From an uncultured Acidimicrobiaceae bacterium (GTDB lineage: Bacteria > Actinomycetota > Acidimicrobiia > Acidimicrobiales > Bog-793), in NCBI GenBank assembly GCA_963703655.1, contig CAVPFA010000003.1, forward strand, positions 912,972-976,971: a stretch of 64,000 bases of DNA, in the 5' to 3' direction. Under the pieces are notes generated by a model. That model saw nothing but the letters and a program-made list of their open reading frames with translations, made no database searches and had not been told where the DNA came from. The first letter of the stretch is position 1, and the number at the start of each line of letters is the position of its first letter. Position numbers and translations under genes: made by a program. Of the stretch, positions 1 through 10,200 are shown in pieces.

Positions 1-1957
1 GGGTCGAGAACAGCGACGACGCCCCGGTCGGTGGCAGTCCGGATGAGCCGCCCGGCGCCTTGAGCGAGCAGTGTCGCCGCCCGCGGGAGATCGACGGTCT
101 GAAAGCCTGCCCTGCCAGCGGCGTCACGGCGCGCAGCCATCAAGGGATCGTCCGGGCGAGGAAACGGGATCCGGTCGATGACGACAAGGCTCAATGCAGG
201 TCCCGGGACGTCGACGCCCTGCCAGAAGCTCATCGTTGCGAAGAGGCACGCCGCCGACTGAGAGCTGAGCGCGTCCAGCAGCGCCGCCTTCGGAAGCTGT
301 CCCTGCACCAGAACCGGCCAGGGGAGCCTGCCCGCGAGCACCTCGGCGGCCACCGTCATGGCCCGCCGGCTCGTGAACAGAGCGAGGGTTCGCCCGCCGG
401 CGGCGAGCACGAGCGCCTCGATCTCGTCATGGATCGCGGCCTCGGCATTTGCGCTCCGGCGGTCCGGGAGCGTCACGGCGCAGTAGAGGAGCCCGTTCGC
501 CTTGTAGGCGAACGGACTTCCGACATCGAGCTCCTCCGTCGACCTGCTCGGCGCCCCCAGGCGAGCGGCGAGCCCGCGGGGAGCGTCGCGCTCGTCATCA
601 CGACCGGTGTGGCCGAGAACACCTGGGCAGACATGATCCCGCTCACGTCGAGCGGTGCCGAGTGGAGGGCGGGCCGCTCCCCTCCCGTGACCCAGACCAC
701 CTCGTCGCTGCCAGCGGTCAGGCAGGCCTCGAGCTCCTCGCGGCAGCGGTCGACACCGAGAAGGGCCCTCAGACAGCGCTGGGCGGCGTCACTGCTTCCG
801 CCTCCCCCATCTCCGCCGCGCGGGCCGGGGGCCTCGGAGGCACGTCGCAGCTCGACCCCCAGGCGCTCGAGCCGGTCGACCAACAGGGTCACCTGTTCGC
901 CGACCTCCGCGCCGAGGCCCGCCGGCAGCCGGCGGTCCTCACTGCCCGCCAGAAGCTCCTCGAGGCTCGCGGCCGACCCCATCACCGCCTCGATCGCCCT
1001 CGCCGGCGACGAGTCCTCGCCCCGTCGAGCCCGCCGACCCGACGCGATCAGCGCCGGCCGGGCTGCGGAGGCCAGCGCACGCAGGCGTGCCGGGCTGACC
1101 TCCGCGCCCAGCGAGGCGGCCAGGACGTCTTCGAGCTCGTGCGCCTCGTCGACCACGAGCGCGTCGTGCTCGGGAAGCACCTCCCCACCGCTGCGCAGAT
1201 GCGCGCCGAGAAGATGAAGATTCGCGATGACGACGTCGGCGGCGGCCGCCTTCGAGCGCGCCGCTTCGGCGAAGCACTCGCTGCCCGACGGGCAGCGACG
1301 AGCGCCGGGACACTCGTCGCCGTTGACGCTCACACTCGACCATGCCGCGCTCGACGGCTCGAACTCGAGCTCCGCGCGGTCTCCGGTGGGGGTGGAGTCC
1401 GCCCAGATCGTCAGTCGCCGCACCTCTTCGCCAACTCGCCTGGCCGCGATCGCACGCGCCGAGTCTCTCGGACGTGGCTCACTATCTTCTGCCGCCTGGC
1501 CGGCCTCTGCCGCCTGCCCGGCCTCGGGCGGCGGGTCGCCTCCCGCCGCACCGTCGCTCGGTGCGACGTCGGGTCCGCCGAAACGCTGCTGCTCTCCCAA
1601 CCGGTCGAGCTCGTGGAGGCGCTGGCGGCAGAGATAGTTCGATCGCCCTTTCAAAACGGCCCATCTGACAGGCCGGGCGAGACCGCGTGCCACAAGTGGG
1701 AGATCCTTGTTCGCCAGCTGATCCTGCAACGCCTTGGTCGCGGTGACGACGACGACGCGCTTGCCCGAGGTGACGGCCGGCACCAGATAGGCAAGTGACT
1801 TGCCCGTGCCCGTCCCTGCGGCCACGGCTACGTGACCGCCCGTCGCGAGTACCTTCGCGACCGCCTCGGCCATCTCGATCTGGCCCGGCCGCACCTCGCC
1901 GGCCGGGAGGGTCGCGACGACCCGGCGCAACAGCTCGGCGACGCCAGGCTCGGTCAC
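1..1957 (-). pseudogene. dinG: DinG/Rad3(XPD)-family ATP-dependent helicase, interrupted by a frameshift near ~540-590. ORF 473..1957 carries the N-terminal domain; C-terminal motifs continue in another minus-strand frame to beyond the window start.
   Basis: ORF 473..1957 has Walker A AAGTGTGKS, DEAH box VVDEAHELEDV and motif III TSATL. My translation of the other minus-strand frame of nt 1-600 gives ELDVGSPFAYKANGLLYCAVTLPD...RTLALFTSRRAM...FWQGVDVPG...VVIDRIPFP...GRLIRTATDRGVVAVLD, which are typical DinG C-terminal motifs. Partial at window start. Confidence 0.7.
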
Positions 1958-2113
1958 GCGGGAACGCTAGCAGACTGACATGAGATGCATTGAAATAGAC
2001 GGACGGCGGACACGGCGGCAACATCGGCGGCGGCGATGCAGAGCGCCGAGAACACGCGGGTTCGGCGATGGGTGTGGGGCGACGGCCGGCGGCTCGCCCG
2101 CCGCACTATGTCC

Positions 2114-2155
2114 GGCCAATTCGAGTCCTCCTCGGGCCAATTCGAGTCCTCCTCG
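2114..2155. repeat. Perfect 21-bp tandem direct repeat x2 (GGCCAATTCGAGTCCTCCTCG) in the intergenic region between dinG start and a small membrane-protein gene
   Basis: Two identical adjacent copies read directly from the sequence. Confidence 0.85.
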
Positions 2156-2173
2156 CCTGGGTGTAGGAACGAT

Positions 2174-2386
2174 TCAGGACTTGGCCCGGCCCCGCAACAC
2201 GCTGCCCCCGAGGAAGACGATGGCGATGAGCGGCAGCACGATGACCGCCACGGCACGGTGCGTGTGAAGCGCGAGTGCCGCGCCCACGAGCACCAACGTC
2301 CCGACGAAGAGCTCGGGTGCGTCGCCGATCAGGAAGTCCTTCCAGAACCTCCCGAACGCGCTCAACGCCTGGATGACTGCCGTCAT
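2174..2386 (-). CDS. Small hydrophobic membrane protein (~70 aa), unknown function
   Basis: Internal ATG start (MTAVIQALSAFGRFWKDFLIG...) overlaps the stop of the upstream membrane-protein gene (ATGA overlap at 2383-2386). Two predicted TM stretches. Confidence 0.45.
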   Translation of the reverse strand: MTAVIQALSAFGRFWKDFLIGDAPELFVGTLVLVGAALALHTHRAVAVIVLPLIAIVFLGGSVLRGRAKS

Positions 2387-3186
2387 GAGGTGGCTCCGGA
2401 GCGTATGGCCGCACGGTCCCGGGAAGGTCCCAACTTGCGCATAGCGATGGAAAACGCTGCAGCCGTCGCGGCGAACAGCCCGACCAGCCCCAGGATCATG
2501 AGATCGCCGCCGGGCCAATGAACCCCGGCGCCCTCACCGACCCAGAAGACGCCGAAGCTCGTCAGCATGACTCCCACGGCGAGCTTCATGGAGTTCTCGG
2601 GGATCTCCGAGAGCTGCCGCGCGACGAGGAGGCCGACGACCGAGACGACGACCGCGGCGGCGCCGGCTGAAGCCGCCGCGAGCCCCAGGTGACCCGAGCT
2701 CGCCCCGAGGGTGATCACGATGAGCACCACCTCCATTCCCTCGAGGAAGACTCCCTTGAAGGCGACTGTGAACCCGGTGGCGTCGCGGCGCCCGTGCCGC
2801 CACGACCCGGCCGGAGCGCTCGCCTGCACAGCCCGGCCTTGACCCGACAGCTCCTCGACGGTCTTGGCATAGATCGCATCCTCGTCGTGCAGCGCCTTGT
2901 GGCCGCTCGCCCGCAGCACCGCCTTGCGCAGCCAGTCAAGACCGAGAACGAGCAGCAGTGCGCCGATGACGACGCGGAGCACGTTGATGGGAACGAGTCG
3001 TGCGAGCGGGACCCCGACTGCGACGACCAGCGCGGCGAGCACGAGCGCCACGACCACGCTTCCCTCGATCGCGGAGCGCCATCCCCGAGTCACGCCTGCC
3101 GCGACGACGATCGTCAGCGCTTCGACCATCTCGACGGCACTTGCACCGAAAACCGCAAGGGCGAGCACCACGGTCGAAGTCGTCAT
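2383..3186 (-). CDS. Integral membrane protein (multi-TM, GDT1/UPF0016- or COG4280-like), unknown function
   Basis: ORF 2383..3309. Likely start at internal ATG 3184-3186 (MTTSTVVLALAVFGASAVEMVEALTIVVAAG...). Multiple hydrophobic helices and an EGMEVVLIVITLG-type motif. Confidence 0.6.
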   Translation of the reverse strand: MTTSTVVLALAVFGASAVEMVEALTIVVAAGVTRGWRSAIEGSVVVALVLAALVVAVGVPLARLVPINVLRVVIGALLLVLGLDWLRKAVLRASGHKALHDEDAIYAKTVEELSGQGRAVQASAPAGSWRHGRRDATGFTVAFKGVFLEGMEVVLIVITLGASSGHLGLAAASAGAAAVVVSVVGLLVARQLSEIPENSMKLAVGVMLTSFGVFWVGEGAGVHWPGGDLMILGLVGLFAATAAAFSIAMRKLGPSRDRAAIRSGATS

Positions 3187-3209
3187 CGTGGCCTCACCTC
3201 GCGCCGAGC

Positions 3210-4343
3210 TTACCGTTCGCGGTCGAGGGCGAACTCTGCCGCGACGCGGGGCGGGCCGGTACGCGACCGCTCCGAGCCGGAAGCGTCCTCGTGCGATCGG
3301 CGGCGACACGCCTCGATCGCGGCGAGCACGTCGGCCCGTGGACCGCAGACGGCGAGGCGCTCGACGTTGCGAAGATGGGAGACCTTGCCCACCTTTTGGC
3401 CGGAGGGGTCGTGAATGCCGATCTGCGCGCCCACGTAGCGTTTCGAGTCGAACTCGAGGACCTCGACGTGCCCGCGCACGCCGCAGATCTCGAGGAGGTC
3501 GTCACGTCCCAGCCACGACTCGTCGTTGCACGACACGACCACGACCTTCGCGTCGATCCTCAAAACGAGCTCCGCTAGGGCGGCCGGCATCGACACCTTC
3601 GAGTTGAAATCGCTCCGCGTGTCAGCGTTCTTCGCGTCGACCCGCTTGCAGGCAACCCCATAGTGCTCAGGCGCATCCCACCGGATCAGCGTCTCCCACA
3701 CGTGGTAGTTGGTGAAGTAACGGTGCTGGTTGTAAGGCGGGTCGAAATAGGCAAAGTCAACAGAACCGAGGGAGCCGAGCGCCTCTCGGGCATCGGCACG
3801 GATGACGCGACCGTGCCCCGCCAGCAGTTCGGGGACACGCAGAGAGAGCGGATGGAGCGATCTCGGAGCCCACTTCTTCAGATACGCCATCTGCAAGCCG
3901 GTCGTCGAGTCCACCCTGTCGGCTGCCTCGAGCAGACTGGTCAGGAGGACAGGGTAGAGCCGGGCCCCCCGGTAGCGCGCCTCGATCGCGTCGCGAATCG
4001 CGTCGACGCGGGCGCCGTTCTCGGGCCGGAGGTAACGCGACCGCTCGCAGAAGACCTCGGTGAAGTAGCCCCTGCGACCCGGGAGCCCGTTCAGCTCCGC
4101 GATCGTCTCGGAGAGCTCCGCCTCGTCCACCGTGGCCGCGTCCGTGCCGATGTAGCACTGACCGAGCACCTCGGAGTAGGTGGCCGTGTCGACCGCAGTG
4201 ACGAAAGCTCCCCGGCGCTTCAGCTCCTGCGCAACACGCGTGGTGCCGGTGAAAAGGTCGGCTGCGCTCGAGGCGCGACAGCCGGACGCGAGGGAGGAGA
4301 TGGCTTGCACGAGTCGTCGTTTCGAGCCGAGGTACTTGATCAC
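3210..4343 (-). CDS. Dam-like (D12 class) N6-adenine-specific DNA methyltransferase, orphan (no adjacent restriction endonuclease)
   Basis: ORF 3210..4475. Motif I IKYLGSKRRL and catalytic DPPY (FDPPYNQH). Probable GTG start at 4341-4343 (VIKYLGSK) with a GGGGA Shine-Dalgarno 6 nt upstream. The longer 4475 start adds a non-conserved 44-aa extension. Confidence 0.85.
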   Translation of the reverse strand: MIKYLGSKRRLVQAISSLASGCRASSAADLFTGTTRVAQELKRRGAFVTAVDTATYSEVLGQCYIGTDAATVDEAELSETIAELNGLPGRRGYFTEVFCERSRYLRPENGARVDAIRDAIEARYRGARLYPVLLTSLLEAADRVDSTTGLQMAYLKKWAPRSLHPLSLRVPELLAGHGRVIRADAREALGSLGSVDFAYFDPPYNQHRYFTNYHVWETLIRWDAPEHYGVACKRVDAKNADTRSDFNSKVSMPAALAELVLRIDAKVVVVSCNDESWLGRDDLLEICGVRGHVEVLEFDSKRYVGAQIGIHDPSGQKVGKVSHLRNVERLAVCGPRADVLAAIEACRRRSHEDASGSERSRTGPPRVAAEFALDRER

Positions 4344-4537
4344 ACACGGTCCCCATGGCGGGGTCGCGCACCGCGGGACCAGGCCAGAAACCAGCTTGAC
4401 GCCGGCGGGTCGGCGCCGACCCGAGCCCTTGTCACGCCCCCAAAGTAGCTCGTGCTCCCCCACGTCGAGGTACAACGGCTCTGTGGCCGGCGGGCTTCAA
4501 AGCCGGCCGGGCGGCCGCTCGATGCAATACTCGGCTC

Positions 4538-6076
4538 GTGACCGGCTCAGCATCGGTCGAGCTCGGCGGCCCGCTCGAGATCGAAGACGTCATCGAGATC
4601 GCGAAGGGCGCCCCTGCACGGCTGACAGAAGAGGTGCTCCGGAGAGTCGACGCCTCCCGGCAGGCGGTCGTCGCCGCCCTCGAGACCGGAGCCGTGGTCT
4701 ACGGGGTCACGACGGGGTTCGGAAGCCTGGCGGATGTCCGGCTCACCCCGGAGCACTCCAGGGCTCTCCAGCACGGGCTGCTTCGCTCGCACGCCGTGGC
4801 GGTGGGCAACGAGCTCCCGCCCGAGGAAGTGCGCGCCATGCTGGCGCTTCGGGCGCACGTCCTTGCCCTCGGCCACTCCGGCGTCCGGCGACAGGTGGCG
4901 TTGCGGTTTGTCGAGATGCTCGAGAGGGATCTGCTTCCCGTCGTTCCCGAACAAGGGTCACTCGGCGCTTCGGGCGACCTCGCACCGCTCGCGCATCTCG
5001 CCCTTCCCGTCATCGGCGAGGGTGCGGTCCGGCTCGAGGGCGAGTTGCTCGACGCGGCCGAGGCTCTCGGCCGGTGTGGCCTGGAACCCCTTGTACTCGA
5101 GGCGAAGGAAGGGCTCGCACTCATCAACGGCACGCAAGGCATGACGGCCATCGGCGTGCTCGCGGCGTGGAGGGCGTACCAGCTCGCGAAGGTCGCGGAC
5201 ATCTCCGCTGCGCTCACCGTCGAGGCCATCTTCGGGACCGACCGCGCGTTCGACGCCCGGGTCATCGGCCTCCGCCCGCACCCGGGCCAGATGGCCTCGG
5301 CTCGGAACCTGATTCGGCTCCTGGCCGGCAGCGAGCTGCTCTCGTTGCATCGCGAGAGCGACCACATCGTCCAAGACGCCTACTCGATCCGCTGCGCTCC
5401 CCAAGTCCACGGAGCGTTCCGCGACGTGGTACGCCACAGCATCGAGACCCTTGAGATCGAGCTGGCGTCGGTCTCGGACAATCCAGTTGTACTGCCCGAG
5501 ACCGGCGAGATCCTTACCGGCGGCAACTTCCACGGTCAGCCGGTCGCGCTGGCCTGCGACTCGCTCGCCGCGGCGACGGTGGGGCTCGCCTCGATCTCCG
5601 AGCGCAGGCTGTTCCGGCTTCTCGACCCCAAGACCTCGAACGGCCTCCCTCCGTTTCTCGTCGGCGAGGCCGGCGTCAACTCGGGGTTCATGGTGTGCCA
5701 GTACACCGCCGCGTCGCTCGTCTCGGAGATGAAGACCCTGGCACACCCCGCGGCGGTCGACTCCATCACGTCCTCGGCGGGGCAGGAGGACCACGTCAGC
5801 ATGGGCATGATCGCCGCCCGCCACGCCCGGGAGTGCGTTCAGAACGCCGAGGCGGCGATCGCGATGGAGGTACTCGCGGCCGCCCAAGCTTGCGAACTTC
5901 GGGCGCCGGCGTTTGCCGGGCCGGCGAGCCGGGCTGCCATCGCGTCGCTGCGCCGAGTGGTCCCCGCCCTCGATCACGACCGGGCACTGAAGCCCGACGT
6001 CGACGCCACCATCGCACTCGTCCGGTCCGGAGCGCTCGTCGCAGCGGTGGAGGCCGAGATCGGGCCGTTGGAATAG
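4538..6076 (+). CDS. hutH: Histidine ammonia-lyase
   Basis: 512 aa with the ASGDLAPL MIO-forming Ala-Ser-Gly motif. Full-length similarity to HAL/PAL family. Confidence 0.95.
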   Translation: MTGSASVELGGPLEIEDVIEIAKGAPARLTEEVLRRVDASRQAVVAALETGAVVYGVTTGFGSLADVRLTPEHSRALQHGLLRSHAVAVGNELPPEEVRAMLALRAHVLALGHSGVRRQVALRFVEMLERDLLPVVPEQGSLGASGDLAPLAHLALPVIGEGAVRLEGELLDAAEALGRCGLEPLVLEAKEGLALINGTQGMTAIGVLAAWRAYQLAKVADISAALTVEAIFGTDRAFDARVIGLRPHPGQMASARNLIRLLAGSELLSLHRESDHIVQDAYSIRCAPQVHGAFRDVVRHSIETLEIELASVSDNPVVLPETGEILTGGNFHGQPVALACDSLAAATVGLASISERRLFRLLDPKTSNGLPPFLVGEAGVNSGFMVCQYTAASLVSEMKTLAHPAAVDSITSSAGQEDHVSMGMIAARHARECVQNAEAAIAMEVLAAAQACELRAPAFAGPASRAAIASLRRVVPALDHDRALKPDVDATIALVRSGALVAAVEAEIGPLE

Positions 6077-6156
6077 CGATCGCGCGCCTTCGCCGGCTGG
6101 AACAGCGATCGCGCCTTCGCCGGCCCGCCGGAACGGCGATCGCGCCCTCGTTCGCT
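6069..6156. repeat. ~28-bp tandem direct repeat x3 (GGAAyAGCGATCGCGCCTTCGCCGG) spanning the hutH stop codon, in the hutH/cysH convergent intergenic region
   Basis: Copy 1 contains the hutH TAG (GAATAG). Copies 2 and 3 carry GAACAG and GAACGG at the same position. Each unit contains the palindrome GCGATCGC. Confidence 0.8.
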
Positions 6157-6176
6157 ACGGGCTAGCTAGGCGACGC

Positions 6177-6881
6177 TCACAGGTGCAGCCCGCACTCTGT
6201 CTTCTCGCTGCCCGCCCAACGACCCTCGCGAGGGTGCCTGCCGTCGAGAACGGGCACGGTCGTCGGTGCACACCCGATGGACACGTACCCGACGAAGTTG
6301 AGCGGATGACGGGGCAAGTCGTGTTCGGCCACGTAGGCGTCGAGATCGTCGTCGTCCCAACCGGCGAGCGGGTTCCCCTTCACCATGTTGCGGCCGGGAT
6401 CCCAGGCGACCACTGGAGCTTCGGCCCGCTCGGGTGTGTCGACACGCTTCAAGCCTGTGATCCAGGCGCGGTGACCGCCGAGCGCCTTGGCCAGGGGATC
6501 GACCTTGCGGAACTCACAGCAGCGACTGGAGCCGCAAGGGAACTCGTCGAGGGCCACCTCGGGGTGCGTAACTGTGAGGTTGAGGTCGTAGCGGTCCCGC
6601 AGGCGCTCGACGTAGGCGATCGTCTCGGGAAAGTGAAAGCCGGTATCTAAGAAGATGACCTCGATCCGCGGGTCGACGCCGACTGACAGATCGAGGAGAA
6701 CGGCATCCTGAAACGAGGCGGCGACGGCGACCTCGCCGGGGAACCGGTCCACGAGCCACTCGATGATCCTTGCCGGGTCGGCCTTCTCGAGGCGAGCCGA
6801 CGCCTCGTCGATCTCCGCGTGCAGCTCCGGGGAGGGACCCACGCCGTCGGCTTTGGGCTCGACGCTCCTCGGCTGCTCCAT
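6177..6881 (-). CDS. cysH: Phosphoadenosine phosphosulfate / adenylylsulfate reductase (thioredoxin-dependent)
   Basis: ORF 6177..7376. Conserved part starts at internal ATG 6879-6881 (MEQPRSVEP...). PAPS-reductase fold with CC...K..PL motif and C-terminal ECGLH. Confidence 0.85.
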   Translation of the reverse strand: MEQPRSVEPKADGVGPSPELHAEIDEASARLEKADPARIIEWLVDRFPGEVAVAASFQDAVLLDLSVGVDPRIEVIFLDTGFHFPETIAYVERLRDRYDLNLTVTHPEVALDEFPCGSSRCCEFRKVDPLAKALGGHRAWITGLKRVDTPERAEAPVVAWDPGRNMVKGNPLAGWDDDDLDAYVAEHDLPRHPLNFVGYVSIGCAPTTVPVLDGRHPREGRWAGSEKTECGLHL

Positions 6882-7206
6882 CAGGGCACCTTTCGCCAGC
6901 GCACCTTCCCCGTCTGCAGTCTCCAAACTATTTCCTCCCCTTGGTTTCGGGCGGTTCTTGCATCGTCGAACGTTTCGATGGCTGGGCAGTCGATCGCCTG
7001 TGTCGTCCTGGCGAGCGCCATCGACGCCAGGGCGGCTGAAGACTGCTGCGACGGTTGCCCGAGAGTATATCCCACTATTTCCATCATATTTCAAGGTATT
7101 GGGCAGGCAGGGCGAGCATCGCCGTCGCTGGACGACCGCGTGACGCGCAAAGCGAGCGTGACGTCGTCGCACGGCAAGATGGCTTGGCCGGGAGCTGGAC
7201 GTATAG

Positions 7207-7956
7207 GTGGCGGGAACCGAGAGTAACTTCGGCGGGATGGCCGTCGCCGACCTCGATCCCTCCCGGATCCCCAAGCACGTCGCCTGTGTGATGGACGGCA
7301 ACGGTCGGTGGGCACGCCAGCGTGGGCTGCCACGTACCGAAGGACATGCCGCCGGCGAGGAGGCGATGTTCGACACTGTTGAGGGGGCGCTTGACCTCGG
7401 TCTCGAGTGGCTGACGATGTTCGCCTTCTCAACGGAGAACTGGCGGCGACCGCCCGATGAGGTGCGCTACCTCATGAATTTCAACGAGGGAATCCTTTCG
7501 CGGCATCGTGACGACCTGAACAGCAAGGGAGTTCGCATTCGCTTCTCGGGTCGCCGGGACTGGCGGGTCCCGCGCCGGCTCGTCCGGCACATGGACGAGT
7601 CGGCCGAGCTCACGTCCGCCAACCGTCGACTGACGCTCACGATCTGCTTCAACTACGGCGGTAGGGCAGAGATCATCGACGCCGTCAAACAGCTCGCCAC
7701 CGACAGTGTGCCTGCCGCCAAGATCGACGAGAAGGCGCTTCGCAAGCGGATGTACTGGCCCGACATGCCCGATCCCGACATGGTCATCCGCACTTCGGGC
7801 GAATTTCGCATCTCCAACTTCTTGCTGTGGGAGCTGGCTTACTCGGAGCTCGTCTTCACCGATGTCCTCTGGCCCGACTTCCGGCGGGAGAACCTGTTCG
7901 ACTCCGTCGGGGAGTATCAGCGGCGTGACCGACGCTACGGCGGGCTGGACCGATGA
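7207..7956 (+). CDS. uppS: Undecaprenyl-diphosphate synthase (Z-isoprenyl diphosphate synthase)
   Basis: HVACVMDGNGRWA and FSTENWRRP motifs. 249 aa. Confidence 0.93.
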   Translation: MAGTESNFGGMAVADLDPSRIPKHVACVMDGNGRWARQRGLPRTEGHAAGEEAMFDTVEGALDLGLEWLTMFAFSTENWRRPPDEVRYLMNFNEGILSRHRDDLNSKGVRIRFSGRRDWRVPRRLVRHMDESAELTSANRRLTLTICFNYGGRAEIIDAVKQLATDSVPAAKIDEKALRKRMYWPDMPDPDMVIRTSGEFRISNFLLWELAYSELVFTDVLWPDFRRENLFDSVGEYQRRDRRYGGLDR

Positions 7957-8147
7957 GCAAAGACTTACGCGAGCCCTTCCGAATACGCGACCACATAGGG
8001 CTCATCTTGGGCATGTTTCTCGGCGGGCTGGCATTCTTGGCGGTGGTGGCGCTGGCGGTAATCGGCGATGAGCAGGCGATCACCCTCCTGGTCGTGATCG
8101 TCGTGGGGCTCGGTCTCATCGCACTCGGAACACGGATGAGAGGCTGA
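7953..8147 (+). CDS. Small membrane protein (64 aa), unknown function
   Basis: ATGA start/stop overlap with uppS (translational coupling). Single long hydrophobic stretch LILGMFLGGLAFLAVVALAVIG... Confidence 0.4.
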   Translation: MSKDLREPFRIRDHIGLILGMFLGGLAFLAVVALAVIGDEQAITLLVVIVVGLGLIALGTRMRG

Positions 8148-8154
8148 GCTCTGC

Positions 8155-8964
8155 GTGGCCACCTTCCGCGACGAAGGCGTCGTGCTGCGAACGATGCGGC
8201 TGGGCGAAGCAGACCGGATCGTCACGCTCGCGACCCCCGAGCACGGCAAGGTCCGCGCCGTCGCCAAGGGGATCCGCAAGACGAAGAGCCGGCTCACCGG
8301 CCGTCTCGAGCCCCTCACTCATGTGACCATGATGTGCTGGCGGGGCCGAGAGCTCGACGTCGTGAACCAGGTCGAGGTCATCGAACACTTCAAGGCGATC
8401 CGTGGCGACCTCGAACGTGTCCCCGTAGCGATGACGATGCTCGAGGTCGTCGATCACGTCGCCCTCGAGCGGCACCCCATGCCAGAGATGTTCCGGATGC
8501 TCGTGGGGGCACTACGGACCTTGGAGGAGCGGCCTGCGCCGGCGCTCCTCGCTGGGTTTCTCTGGAAGCTTCTCGGGCTGGAGGGGGTCGGCCCTTCAGT
8601 CGAACAGTGCGCAAGATGCGGCTCGGAGGGCGAGCTCGTCGCCTTCGACGCCGCCGAAGGCGGTTTCCTCTGTCGTACGTGCCGCCGTGGCCAAGCGGTC
8701 GGCCCCGACACCGTGACCCTGATCCGGAGAATCCTCGGCGGAGGTCTCCGCGGCGTGCTCGACGAGCCGCCGAGCCGAGCGACGGCGGAGGCGGAGCGCT
8801 TGGCCATGACCGCGACCGAGTATCACCTCGACCGGAGGGTGCGCTCGGCCCATCGGTCCGCGGAGATCACCACCGCCGGCCGGCGGGACTGGTCAAACGG
8901 GTCCGGGCCGGCGGCTGAGACCCTTCTCGCCACAAAGTCGGGATCGCCGCCGGTCACCTCGTAG
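8155..8964 (+). CDS. recO: DNA repair protein RecO
   Basis: GTG start. N-terminal OB-fold region and C-terminal zinc finger CARCGS...CRTCRRG. The C-terminal ~19 codons and stop lie inside the first copy of a 65-bp tandem repeat. Confidence 0.85.
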   Translation: MATFRDEGVVLRTMRLGEADRIVTLATPEHGKVRAVAKGIRKTKSRLTGRLEPLTHVTMMCWRGRELDVVNQVEVIEHFKAIRGDLERVPVAMTMLEVVDHVALERHPMPEMFRMLVGALRTLEERPAPALLAGFLWKLLGLEGVGPSVEQCARCGSEGELVAFDAAEGGFLCRTCRRGQAVGPDTVTLIRRILGGGLRGVLDEPPSRATAEAERLAMTATEYHLDRRVRSAHRSAEITTAGRRDWSNGSGPAAETLLATKSGSPPVTS

Positions 8965-9034
8965 TCGACGGGCCGGCGGCTGAGACCCTTCTCGCGCCAA
9001 AGGCGGAATCGTCGCCGGTCACCTCGTAATCGAC
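8905..9034. repeat. 65-bp tandem direct repeat x2 (~90% identical) spanning the recO stop codon
   Basis: Copy 1 (8905-8969) ends ...CACCTCGTAGTCGAC and holds the recO TAG. Copy 2 (8970-9034) ends ...CACCTCGTAATCGAC. Confidence 0.85.
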
Positions 9035-9078
9035 GAGCCGGTAACCGGACAGGTAATGACGTTGGCAAATGATGTTGC

Positions 9079-10050
9079 ATGGGCTCGGCGTCCTCGCAGC
9101 CTTCGGCCTCCGCCACAAACGGGACGAAGTCGCCAGAGGTCTCCGCCCTGACTCTGATCAGCCGTAAGCAACTCGGCGTGTTCACCCGGCAGCAGGTCAT
9201 CGAGGTCGGGCTTTCCGACGCCTGGCTGGGACAACGTGTCAAACGCGGGGATTTCATCCGGTTGCATCGCGGTGTCTTCGCCTTACGATTGGCTCCGCGG
9301 GTCTGGGAGCGGGACGCGATCGCCGCGTGCCTCGCCGGGCCGCCGATGACGGTCCTCTCACACAGGTCAGCCGCCCGGGCGCTTGGGCTGAACCTCGCAC
9401 TCCGTGAGAACGAGGTTCTGGACGTGACGATTCCCTATGGCACCGCCATGACACTGCATGGGGGCCGGGTCCACCTCGCCCGATCACTGCACCGGGCCGA
9501 CCGCGCCAGAGTCGGACGCCTGTCCGTGACCAACGTCGCGAGGACACTGATCGACCTTGCCGGGACGCTGACCGATACGGCGCTCCGGACAGCCCTCGAC
9601 GATGTGCTCACACGCCGGCGGACGTCTCCGGCTCTCGTCGCCGCCGCGATAGCGAGGAATCGCTGTGGGCGCCGGCCCGGCTCTGACATCCTCGAATCGG
9701 CACTGGCACCCTGGCTCGCTGGACGACTCGAAAGCCCCGCCGAGGCTGAGATGCTTCGACTGTTGAATGACCGAGGCCTTCCCGCGCCAACGACCCAGGT
9801 CAGGGAGGTCCTCGAGGGTGGGATTACGTTTCGTTTGGACTTTGCTTGGGTCGCTCAACGCGTCGCCCTCGAGGTGGACGGCTTCCAATACCACGACGGC
9901 CCGGAGCGTTTCATCGCCGATCGTCACCGAACGAACCTGCTGGCGGGTGCGGGCTGGCACGTACTGAGGACGACGACTGCTGAGATGCGCAGCGATCCGG
10001 AGGGCTTGTGCTGGGCGCTGCGGCGGGTTCTGGGAGACAGGTCCGGCTAG
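9079..10050 (+). CDS. DUF559 (Vsr/endonuclease-like) domain protein with an AbiEi-type N-terminal domain
   Basis: C-terminal ALEVDGFQYH...GWHVLRTT matches the DUF559 restriction-endonuclease-like fold. N-terminal region resembles the AbiEi_4 HTH. This is a common actinobacterial architecture. Confidence 0.7.
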   Translation: MGSASSQPSASATNGTKSPEVSALTLISRKQLGVFTRQQVIEVGLSDAWLGQRVKRGDFIRLHRGVFALRLAPRVWERDAIAACLAGPPMTVLSHRSAARALGLNLALRENEVLDVTIPYGTAMTLHGGRVHLARSLHRADRARVGRLSVTNVARTLIDLAGTLTDTALRTALDDVLTRRRTSPALVAAAIARNRCGRRPGSDILESALAPWLAGRLESPAEAEMLRLLNDRGLPAPTTQVREVLEGGITFRLDFAWVAQRVALEVDGFQYHDGPERFIADRHRTNLLAGAGWHVLRTTTAEMRSDPEGLCWALRRVLGDRSG

Positions 10051-10089
10051 CGGCGCCGGCCCCCGGCGCCGGCCCCCGGCGCCGGCACT
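10051..10089. repeat. 13-bp tandem repeat x3 (CGGCGCCGGCCCC) immediately after the DUF559 gene's TAG stop
   Basis: Direct reading. Confidence 0.8.
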
Positions 10090-10200
10090 TCGCTGGTCGT
10101 GGGGCCCAGGAGCTGAGCGCGGCAGCGGCGACGTGTTAATGGTTGTGTGGCCAGAGTCCACACAAGTCTTATCACGTCTCGAAATCTCGGCCCGCCAGGT

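Noticed and set aside
6069-6156. HIP1-like GCGATCGC octamer as a functional genome-wide motif
   Set aside because: In this window it is seen only inside the three hutH-terminal repeat units. There is no evidence of dispersed over-representation.
6882-7206. Riboswitch or other cis-regulatory RNA in the 325-bp cysH/uppS divergent intergenic region
   Set aside because: It contains a lower-GC stretch (GAGAGTATATCCCACTATTTCCATCATATTTCAAGG) that looks promoter-like. No known riboswitch consensus (SAM, etc.) was recognisable. It is left as a probable divergent promoter region.
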